From an uncultured Acidobacteriota bacterium (GTDB lineage Bacteria; Acidobacteriota; Thermoanaerobaculia; Multivoradales; UBA5704): DNA of 64,000 nucleotides. Under the pieces are notes generated by a model. The model saw nothing but the letters and a program-made list of their open reading frames with translations, had not been told where the DNA came from and searched no databases. The stretch's first letter is position 1; each line of letters starts with the position of its first letter. Positions 50,962 to 58,898 of the stretch are shown one piece after another. Made by a program: the position numbers and the translations under genes. The stretch covers positions 4,896,001 to 4,960,000 of the forward strand of contig OY969474.1 in assembly GCA_963700145.1 (NCBI GenBank), in the 5' to 3' direction.

Positions 50962-51249
50962 TCAGGGACGGCGGTGAGGGATCTGCTCCGGGTCGAGCCC
51001 CATCCGGCGAACCTCCTCGACCGCGCCGGCGTAATCCTCCGCATCGACGCTGTTGTTGAGCAGGAACTCGGCCTTACGCTCCGGCGTATAGACCTCGAGC
51101 GGCAACGCAGTCGCCGGTCGGATGGTCAACCCGTCTGGCCCCTCTTCCAGCAGAACCAGCGTCCCTTCCACCAGCCCCAAGCGCTGACGCAGCCGCGCCG
51201 GGATCACGACGGTGCCCCGCTTGCCGATTTTGGCCGTCTCCGAGCTCAT
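50962..51249 (-). CDS. AbrB/MazE/SpoVT family antitoxin
   Basis: KIGKRGTVVIPARLRQRLGL..GLTIRP, directly upstream of the PIN gene. Confidence 0.9.
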   Translation of the reverse strand: MSSETAKIGKRGTVVIPARLRQRLGLVEGTLVLLEEGPDGLTIRPATALPLEVYTPERKAEFLLNNSVDAEDYAGAVEEVRRMGLDPEQIPHRRP

Positions 51250-54200
51250 GGACTCAGAGTAACAGACTGCTCCACACGCTCCGCCAGCGGACGCAGGAGC
51301 CGGAGGGCGGGGCGGGTGTTGTAGCGCTCGCGGTAGGCGCGGTGCTCGGGGCCGTCGGGGAAGCGCTCGCTCTCCGGGTAGGGGTACTGGCTCATGCCGT
51401 GGAAGGGGAGGGGCTCGACGGTCTGCGAGTAGGCGGTGTTGGCGTCGCCGTCCTTGGCCCAGCCGTCGACCCAGAGGAGGAAGTCGCGGCGCCAGCCGGG
51501 CGGGAGCGGCGGCAAGGTGCGGGCGTCGAAGCGGAGGCGCAGCTCGTCGCCCGAGCCCATCACCACCATGCGGTCGTCCACCGCCGCCAGCAGCTCGCGC
51601 ACGCCGCCGTAGCGGGTGTAGAGGCCCGGCGTCGGGTTCCACATCGAGACCGGCATCCAGCTCTGGTAGTCGAACGACTCGGGCTGCTTCCGCTCCGGGT
51701 GGATGACCGGCCGCGAGAAGCCGCGGAAGCTCAGGTCGGCGCTCTCGGCCGGCACCTCGGCGAGCGCCAGCGGCGGCTCGCCGGCCGCCTCGGCCAGGAA
51801 GATTTCGTCCCAGTAGACGCAGAGGCTGGTGACGATGCGCACCGCACGCGCCGCCGACAGCCACTTGACGGTGAGGTCCACGACGATTGTCTTCGGCTTG
51901 CCGGCCGGGATGCCCATGTCCTCGAGCACCGTCTTCCAGGCGCCGCGCTCGTCCTTGACCTGGAGGTAGGGCATCACCAAGCCGCCGGGCGCGGCCTGCG
52001 CGGCGCCCAGGAAGGTGCTGCCGTCCGCCCAATCGACCCAGCCGGAGAGGACGAGGAGCGCCCGGCCGTCCGGCGCCGCGCCGCCGAAGTCGAGCTCCAG
52101 GTGGTGCAGCTCGGCGATGCCGGCGTGGTCGCGGCGGAAGGCGTCGGGGTAGGCGCGGTCACGGGCGAGGAGGCGCGGCAGGACGTCGTTGCCGAGGTGG
52201 TCGCGCGCCGCCACCGGCGGCAGCCGCCGCTCGACCCCGAAAAGCCGGAACTCGGGGAACGGCGGGCCCTTGAACTTGTCGTTGGTGAGGACCTCCACCG
52301 CCGCCGGGTGATCGACCGCCAGCAGCCGCACCTGGTCGAGGTAGGCCACTTCGCGCAGCTCCTCGGTGATGCGCACCTCGTAGCGGCCGTCCACGGCGGC
52401 GAGCGCCGCGCCGGGCACCTGGATCACCTCGTCGTGGTCGACCGGGAAGTACTGGCCGTCGCCGGCGCTGGCCCCGAGCGGCGCCACGCCGAGCACGTCG
52501 GTGATGAACTCGAAACGCTCACCGTTCCAGGTGAAGATCATCGGGCAGGAGCCGGAGAGGCGCGGCGCCTCCTTGAAGGCCAGGAGCTCGCCCGCGGCCC
52601 GCTTCGGCTCGTTCTGGATGAGGCCGTTCGGCCAGGTGATGCGGACGGTGTCGGCCTCGGGCCGCGCGCCCAGCCCGAAGTGGAGCGGCACGCCGGCGTA
52701 GTGCTTCTTCTGGAAGCTGGTGCCCGCCTTGACCTCCACCTCGGCGCCGGCGGCGAGCTTCAGGTTCTTGACCCCGTCGAGCGCCACGGCGAGCCAGCGG
52801 TGGCCGTTCTCGGTGCGGTTGGCGAGGAGGCGCAGGGCGCCGTCGGCACCGAGGGCGGCCAAGTCCACGCGGCCGTCGGCGTCGAAGTCGGCCGCGGCGG
52901 CGGCCGCCGCCGGGAAGCCGGGCGGCGCCTGTGGCTCGCCGAAGCCGCCGCCGCCGAGGTCGGAGCGGACGCCGGCGGCGGTCGCGAGGTCGCCCGCGCC
53001 CCGGTTGCCGAAGTCGGCGAAGGCGAAGGGAGCCTGGGTCAGAGAGGAGCCCGCCGCCGGCCGCAGCTCGCCGGCGAAGCTCCGCGCGTTGAGCAGCACG
53101 CCGGCGGACGAGACCAGGTCAGTCCAGCCGTCGCGGTCGACGTCCGCCGCGACGAGGCCGCGCGCACCGGCCGGCAGCGCCGGCAACTCCTCCACCTCGA
53201 ACCGGCCGCCGAGCCGGTCGCGGTAGAGGACGCCGGGCCGCCCGGCGAAGGAGACCGCCACGTCGATCCCCTGGCTGTCGGCCACCAGGTCGAGGGCGGC
53301 GGCGTCCAGCGCCTCGCCGGCGACGAAGGGGAAGCGCGCGGTCTCGTCCCCCCACCCAGCCCCCGGTGGTCCGGGCGCCGCCGGCGGCTCCCCCCGTTGC
53401 GCGGGCGTCGGCTGGACCAGATGGTCGGCGCCCTGGTTGCGCAGCAGGCGCGAGTCCTTCCCGAGCAGCAGCAGGTCGAGGTCGTAGTCGTGGTCGAAGT
53501 CGAGCCAGAGGCATTTCAGGTAGGGGCCGGCTGGCAGCGGGGCCGTGACGCGTGTGAAGCGGCCGCCTCCGTTGCGCCAGAGCGCCGCGCCCGGCGCCTC
53601 GCCGCCGGTGAGCACGCAGAGGTCGGCGAGCCCGTCGTTGTCGAAGTCGCCGGGCACGACCGCGACCGCGCCGCGCACCCCCTCGAGCCCGCTCTCCCTC
53701 GGCTCGTTCCCACCTGAAAACAGCTTCGCTCCATTCTCGTCCCAGGCCAGCAGGTCCGGTCGCCGGTCGCCGTCCGCGTCCAGCACGGCCAAGCCCCCGC
53801 CCGTCTTCACTCTCGCGCCCAGCTCCTTCGCCTCCCACGCGAGCGGCCCCGGCGCCGCCGCCGGCTCCCGCGACTCGGGCGGGTCGTAGAGCTCCGCGTA
53901 CCAGCTCCAGTCCACGTCCTCCGGCACCGCCGCGTTCTTCTGCAGCTCCTTGAGGCGGTCGAACTCGGCCTTGACCCGCGCCGCGTCCGCTTCCCGTCCC
54001 GCCTGCCGGTAGACGTTCCAGAGCTGGAAGCGCGGCGCCGCGAAGTTGGGGTCGAGGGCCGCCGCGCGCTCGAAGTGCGGCAGGGCCCTTTCGGCCGCGC
54101 CGGTCAGCTTGTAGAGGTAGCCCAGGTTGTAGTGCGAGATCGGCTCGTCCGGCACCAGCTCGACCATCCTCTCGAACTGCGCCAGCGCCTTCTCGTACTG

Positions 54201-54590
54201 CGACTCGCCCTTCCAGGCGATACCGAGGTTGAACCAGGTGTGGGGGAGCGACGGGTCCTGCCGCTGCACGCGCTCGAGCTCGGCGATCCCCTCCGCCTCC
54301 CGCCCGGCGCGCAGGAGCGCCAGGCCGAGGTTCAGCCGCTCGCGCAGCGAGTCCGGCGCTAGCGCCAGCGCCTTTTCGAGCTCCGCAACCGCCTCGTTGT
54401 GGGTCGTGGGGTTTTCGTAGAAGGCCTTGCCGAGGTTGCGGTGGTGCCAGAGGAGCTCCTCGCGCGGCATCGCGACGGGCGCGCCGCCGTTCGCGATCGC
54501 AGCTAGCGCGCCGTCCTTCGGCGCGACCGCCGCCGCGAGGAGGAGGGCCGCCAGCGCCGCGAGCGGGAGGGCCCCGCGCGGCGGCGTCAC
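51246..54590 (-). CDS. Exported TPR + FG-GAP/VCBS + ASPIC/UnbV protein with extra C-terminal domain
   Basis: Signal peptide, TPR helices, DFDNDG/DFDHDYD/DVDRDG Ca-binding repeats, PLHFGLG..ITWPNG, GSCP, GWAKDGD. GTGA overlap with the upstream gene. Confidence 0.88.
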   Translation of the reverse strand: MTPPRGALPLAALAALLLAAAVAPKDGALAAIANGGAPVAMPREELLWHHRNLGKAFYENPTTHNEAVAELEKALALAPDSLRERLNLGLALLRAGREAEGIAELERVQRQDPSLPHTWFNLGIAWKGESQYEKALAQFERMVELVPDEPISHYNLGYLYKLTGAAERALPHFERAAALDPNFAAPRFQLWNVYRQAGREADAARVKAEFDRLKELQKNAAVPEDVDWSWYAELYDPPESREPAAAPGPLAWEAKELGARVKTGGGLAVLDADGDRRPDLLAWDENGAKLFSGGNEPRESGLEGVRGAVAVVPGDFDNDGLADLCVLTGGEAPGAALWRNGGGRFTRVTAPLPAGPYLKCLWLDFDHDYDLDLLLLGKDSRLLRNQGADHLVQPTPAQRGEPPAAPGPPGAGWGDETARFPFVAGEALDAAALDLVADSQGIDVAVSFAGRPGVLYRDRLGGRFEVEELPALPAGARGLVAADVDRDGWTDLVSSAGVLLNARSFAGELRPAAGSSLTQAPFAFADFGNRGAGDLATAAGVRSDLGGGGFGEPQAPPGFPAAAAAAADFDADGRVDLAALGADGALRLLANRTENGHRWLAVALDGVKNLKLAAGAEVEVKAGTSFQKKHYAGVPLHFGLGARPEADTVRITWPNGLIQNEPKRAAGELLAFKEAPRLSGSCPMIFTWNGERFEFITDVLGVAPLGASAGDGQYFPVDHDEVIQVPGAALAAVDGRYEVRITEELREVAYLDQVRLLAVDHPAAVEVLTNDKFKGPPFPEFRLFGVERRLPPVAARDHLGNDVLPRLLARDRAYPDAFRRDHAGIAELHHLELDFGGAAPDGRALLVLSGWVDWADGSTFLGAAQAAPGGLVMPYLQVKDERGAWKTVLEDMGIPAGKPKTIVVDLTVKWLSAARAVRIVTSLCVYWDEIFLAEAAGEPPLALAEVPAESADLSFRGFSRPVIHPERKQPESFDYQSWMPVSMWNPTPGLYTRYGGVRELLAAVDDRMVVMGSGDELRLRFDARTLPPLPPGWRRDFLLWVDGWAKDGDANTAYSQTVEPLPFHGMSQYPYPESERFPDGPEHRAYRERYNTRPALRLLRPLAERVEQSVTLSP

Positions 54591-56359
54591 CGCGGCGCTC
54601 TCCCCTCTCCCTCCCGCACCGTCGTGTAGCGCCCGAGGGGCGCGTCGAAGCGCTCGACGCGCCCGTCCGGCCAGCGCACCTCGACGGAATCCACCTTCTC
54701 GACCGCCCCCAGCCCGACGTGCACCCGTGTCGTGCTCTGGCCGGCGTAGCCGTTGCCGCCGTTGACCTCGCGGATCCAGGTCGCGGACCCGGCGCGCACC
54801 GTCACCCGGGCGCCGATCGCGTTGGGGTTCGGGCCGGCGCCGGCGAGCTTCAGCCCCAGCCACCGCCCGGGGCCCGGCGAGGTGTTGCGGTAGAGCAGCG
54901 CCGGCTGGCCGGCGTTGGTCTGGTAGAAGTCGAGCCGGCCGTCGTCGTCGAGGTCGGTGACACCGAGGCCGCGGCCGTCGCGGTCGTTGTCCACGCCCGC
55001 CGCCGCCGCCACCTCCTTGAAGGTGCCGCCGCCCAGGTTGCGGAAGAGCTTCTTCTTCTGGAAGCCGCTCCAGCTCCTGTCGCCGATCGCCGGCCAGAGC
55101 CGCACGTCGGTGAAGTCAACATTCGGGCGCAGGATCAGCTCCAGCACCAGCGGGATGTACTCCTCCGGCCCGGCGGAGCGCAGGCCGTCGGTGGCGAAGA
55201 GGTCCTCCCAGCCGTCGTTGTCGAAGTCGGCGAACTTGGCCGCCCACCCCCAGAGCGAGTTGCAGGTGCCGGTCTCCTTGGCCACGTCGGTGAAGCGCAC
55301 CCGCCCGTCTGCGCCGCGCCCCTCGTTGTGCCAGAGCATGTTGCACTCGCGCATGTAGTCGTCGGTGATGTTGGTGACGTAGACGTCGAGCCGGCCGTCG
55401 CGGTCGTAGTCGCCGACATCGACGTTCATCCCCTTCTTGGTGTCGAAGCCGATCGCCTCCTTGGTGGCGTCCTCGAACGTCCCGTCGCCGCGGTTCCAGT
55501 ACAGCCGGTCGGTGCCGTAGTCGCCGGCCAGGTAGAGGTCCTGGTCGCCGTCGTCGTCGAGGTCGGCGTGGCCGATGTCGAGCGTCCAGCCGGTGTGCGC
55601 GTTAAGGCCCGCCTTCTCGCTGACCTCGACGAAGCGCGGGCGCCCGGTGCCCGGCTCGGTCGAGTTCCGCCAGAGCGACACGCCGCCGCCGTTGACCGCC
55701 TCGTCGAGGTTGTTGGGCAGCACGTGCGGCGTCGGCAGCTCGATCAGGTTGACCGGCTTGAAGTAGTGGCCGAAGAGGAGGTCGAGGCGGCCGTCGCCGT
55801 CGGCGTCGAAGGCGATGGCGGCGATGGTGTTGCCGAACTCGGTCTCGAGGCCGGAGCCGGCGGTGACGTCGGCGAAGCGGCCGCCGCCGAGGTTGCGGTA
55901 GAGCAGCGGCGTGCCGAAACGGGCCACCAGCAGGTCGGGCCGGCCGTCGCCGTCGGCCTCGAACCAGAGGGCGTCGGCGACGATCGACAGCCGGTCGTTG
56001 CCGCCGGCGACGCCGGCCTGGGCCGCCACCTCGGTGAAGCGCAGGGCGCCGGAGGGCACCCGCTCGTTGCGCAGCAGGCGGTTGGGGCGGCCGGCGTCGG
56101 AGTCGGTGACGAAGAGGTCCTCGTCGCCGTCGCCGTCGTAGTCGGCCACCGCCACCGCCGAGCCGCCGGCGGTGAAGGTCTCGAGCACGTCGGCGTGCGG
56201 CCCGGCGAACTGCCGCAGGTGGTGCGGCAGCCGCGCGCCGGCGGCCTCGCCGATCTCCTCGAAGCGGATGGGCGGCGGCGCGGGCGCGGCGCCGGCCAGG
56301 GCGACGGCGAGGAGCGCCACGGCGCAGGGGCGGCCGCCGGTCGTCAGGGCTCGGCCCAC
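54587..56359 (-). CDS. CRTAC1-family FG-GAP + ASPIC/UnbV protein (start uncertain, 56320-56359)
   Basis: DYDGDGDEDL-type repeats and C-terminal GGNGYAGQSTTRVHVGLG..VRWPDG. Confidence 0.88.
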   Translation of the reverse strand: MGRALTTGGRPCAVALLAVALAGAAPAPPPIRFEEIGEAAGARLPHHLRQFAGPHADVLETFTAGGSAVAVADYDGDGDEDLFVTDSDAGRPNRLLRNERVPSGALRFTEVAAQAGVAGGNDRLSIVADALWFEADGDGRPDLLVARFGTPLLYRNLGGGRFADVTAGSGLETEFGNTIAAIAFDADGDGRLDLLFGHYFKPVNLIELPTPHVLPNNLDEAVNGGGVSLWRNSTEPGTGRPRFVEVSEKAGLNAHTGWTLDIGHADLDDDGDQDLYLAGDYGTDRLYWNRGDGTFEDATKEAIGFDTKKGMNVDVGDYDRDGRLDVYVTNITDDYMRECNMLWHNEGRGADGRVRFTDVAKETGTCNSLWGWAAKFADFDNDGWEDLFATDGLRSAGPEEYIPLVLELILRPNVDFTDVRLWPAIGDRSWSGFQKKKLFRNLGGGTFKEVAAAAGVDNDRDGRGLGVTDLDDDGRLDFYQTNAGQPALLYRNTSPGPGRWLGLKLAGAGPNPNAIGARVTVRAGSATWIREVNGGNGYAGQSTTRVHVGLGAVEKVDSVEVRWPDGRVERFDAPLGRYTTVREGEGRAPR

Positions 56360-57060
56360 AGCGGCGCCAGGCTGGTGTCCACCCGCTCGTTGGAGTCGAG
56401 CTGGTCGTAGATGTAGGCCGAGAGGTCGTCGCCGTCGCGGGCGAGGCGGGCCTGGAGCTGCGCCGTGCCGGGGAAGTGGGTCGCCCCTTCGCGCCAGACC
56501 GCGCGCGCCTTCTCCGGCTGCTCGGTCCGCCAGTAGGCGTCGCCGAGGGCGACGTAGACCCGGGCGTGCACCGGGCGCCGCTTGGGCTCGCGCTTGACCA
56601 GCGCGATTGCCTCCTCCAGGTCGGCGACCGCCAGCGGCCCCTTGCCGAAGACCGGCGGCCAGTAGAGGTAGCTGTTGCCGCGGGTGTAGAGGGCGAGCCA
56701 GGCGCGCTCGAGCTCGATCGACCTGGTGAACTTCTCGAGCGCGTGGTTGGCCAGGATGACGCGGGTGATCGCGCCCGCCGCCGGGATCTTGTCGACGTAG
56801 GCGTAGCCGTAGTTGAGCCAGGCGTTGGCCGACTTCGGGTGCGCGGCGACGAGGCGCTCGAAGAACGCGATGGCGCGATCGTACTCGCCGGCGCGGATGA
56901 CCGCCATGCGGTAGTCGCTGGCCGGGCGCGGGCCGTTGGGGTCGGCGGCGACTGCCTGCTCGAGCTGGGCCAGCGCCGGTGGCGCGTCGGCCGCCGCGGC
57001 GGGCGCGAGCGCTCCCCACAGGAGGAGCGCCGCCGCGCCGCGTAAAGCGTCGTGTCTCAT
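56344..57060 (-). CDS. Exported TPR protein
   Basis: Signal peptide MRHDALRGAAALLLWGALAPAAAA and TPR-like helices. ATGA overlap with the upstream gene. Confidence 0.8.
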   Translation of the reverse strand: MRHDALRGAAALLLWGALAPAAAADAPPALAQLEQAVAADPNGPRPASDYRMAVIRAGEYDRAIAFFERLVAAHPKSANAWLNYGYAYVDKIPAAGAITRVILANHALEKFTRSIELERAWLALYTRGNSYLYWPPVFGKGPLAVADLEEAIALVKREPKRRPVHARVYVALGDAYWRTEQPEKARAVWREGATHFPGTAQLQARLARDGDDLSAYIYDQLDSNERVDTSLAPLWAEP

Positions 57061-58871
57061 CGTCTGCCCTCCTGCGCCGCCGGCAGGGCCTGCAGCTCCG
57101 GCTCCCCTTCGACGATCCGGTACAGCCGCCCGGCGGCGAAGCCGGCGAAGCGCTGCCGCTCGCCCGACGGCCACTGGACCTCCAGCGCCTCGGCGCGCTC
57201 GGCGGCGCCGAGCCCGAAGTGGACCCGGTGGCTGCTCTGGCCGGCGAAGCCGTTGCCGCCGTCCAGCCAGCGGACCAGCCGCCGGCCGCCGGCGGTGAGC
57301 GCCAGGCGCGCTCCCACCGCGTCGCGGTTCGAGCGCCGCCCCTCGAGCTGGAACGCCACCCAGTGGGCGCCGGTCGGCAGGCGGTTGCGGTAGAGGTGCG
57401 GCGCGGCGTTGGCGTTGGCCACGAAGAGGTCCTGGCGGCCGTCGCGGTCGAGGTCGGCGACCGCCACGCCGCGGCCGTCGCGCTGCGAGTCGAGCCCGTG
57501 GCGCGGCGCCTCGTCGCGGAAGGCCCCGCCCTGGTTGTGGAAGAGGCGGTCGCGCTGGTAGCCGGAGAGGCTGCGCTCTCCCATCGGCGGCCAGTTTCGC
57601 ACGTCGGCCAGGTCCACCCCCTCGCGCAGGATCATCTCGAAGATCAGCGGCACGTAGCTCTCCGTCCCCGCCGACACCCAGCCGTTGACCACGAAGAGGT
57701 CGAGCCGGCCGTCGTTGTCGTAGTCGAGGAACTTCCCTCCCCAACCCCACCCGGTGTCGTGAGTGCCGGTCTCGCGGGACACGTCGGTGAAGCGCGGGCC
57801 GCCGCCGTCCGGCGCCGGGCCGTCGTTGTGCCAGAGGAAGTTGCCCTCGCGCATGTAGTCGTCGGTGATGTTGGTGACGTAGACGTCCGGCCGGCCGTCG
57901 CCGTCGTAGTCCCCCCACTCGGCGTTCATCCCCTTCTTGGTGTCGATGCCGAGGGCGGACGCGGTGACGTCGCGGAAGCGCGGCGCCCCCGGCCGGCTGT
58001 CGTTGACGAAGAAGCGGTCGGTGCCGAAGTCGCAGGCGACGTAGAGGTCCTCGTCGCCGTCGCCGTCAGCGTCGCCGTGGCCGAGGTCGAGGGTCCAGCC
58101 GCTCTGCGCCAGGCCGGCGGCGGCGGTCTCGTCGGCGAAGCGCACACGGCCGGCCGCGTCCGGCCCCAGGTTGCGGTAGAAGGTCACGCCGCCGCCATTC
58201 TGGGCGGTCTCGAAGCTCTCGGGGAAGAAGCGCGGCGTCTGCGGCTGGAAGAGGTCGACCGGCTGGAAGTAGGAGCCGACGAGGAGGTCGAGGCGGCCGT
58301 CGCGGTCGGCGTCGAAGGCGAGGGCGGCGAGGGCGTTGGCGTGGCCGTCGAGCCCGGCCTCGCGCGTCACCTCGCGGAAGCGGCCGCGCCCCTCGTTGCG
58401 GAAGAGCAGGCTCCGCCCGCAGCGGGCGACGAAGAGGTCCTGGCGGCCGTCGCCGTCGTAGTCGAGCCAGAGGGCGTCGGTGGTGGCGTTGCGGGCGTCG
58501 TTGCCCGCCGCCACCCCGGCCGCCCGCGCCACGTCGGCGAAGGCCAGTCGCCCGCGCTCGCCGCTCAGGTTGCGGTAGAGGTGGTTGGGGGCGCCGGCGG
58601 CCGAGTCGGTGACGAAGAGGTCCTCCCAGCCGTCGCCGTCGAAGTCGCCCACCGCCACCGCGGCGCCCAAGGCGGTGTAGCCGGCCATGATCTCGGCATA
58701 GGGGTTCTCGAAGGCGCGGTTGGTGTGCCGGGAGGTGATGCCGGCCGCCGCGGCGACCTCCTCGAACCACGCCGCGGCGGGCGCGGCGGCCTCCTGGCCG
58801 GCGACGGCGAGGCTCAAACAGCCGCCGAGGCCGGCGGCGGCGACCAACGATCGGCCCCAGGCGGCCCCCAT
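57057..58871 (-). CDS. CRTAC1-family FG-GAP + ASPIC/UnbV protein
   Basis: Signal peptide, DFDGDGWEDL repeats, GGNGFAGQSSHRVHFGLG..VQWPSG. Alternative TTG start at 58892. Confidence 0.9.
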   Translation of the reverse strand: MGAAWGRSLVAAAGLGGCLSLAVAGQEAAAPAAAWFEEVAAAAGITSRHTNRAFENPYAEIMAGYTALGAAVAVGDFDGDGWEDLFVTDSAAGAPNHLYRNLSGERGRLAFADVARAAGVAAGNDARNATTDALWLDYDGDGRQDLFVARCGRSLLFRNEGRGRFREVTREAGLDGHANALAALAFDADRDGRLDLLVGSYFQPVDLFQPQTPRFFPESFETAQNGGGVTFYRNLGPDAAGRVRFADETAAAGLAQSGWTLDLGHGDADGDGDEDLYVACDFGTDRFFVNDSRPGAPRFRDVTASALGIDTKKGMNAEWGDYDGDGRPDVYVTNITDDYMREGNFLWHNDGPAPDGGGPRFTDVSRETGTHDTGWGWGGKFLDYDNDGRLDLFVVNGWVSAGTESYVPLIFEMILREGVDLADVRNWPPMGERSLSGYQRDRLFHNQGGAFRDEAPRHGLDSQRDGRGVAVADLDRDGRQDLFVANANAAPHLYRNRLPTGAHWVAFQLEGRRSNRDAVGARLALTAGGRRLVRWLDGGNGFAGQSSHRVHFGLGAAERAEALEVQWPSGERQRFAGFAAGRLYRIVEGEPELQALPAAQEGRR

Positions 58872-58898
58872 CGCGCGACGGCTAAGCGACAACCGAGC

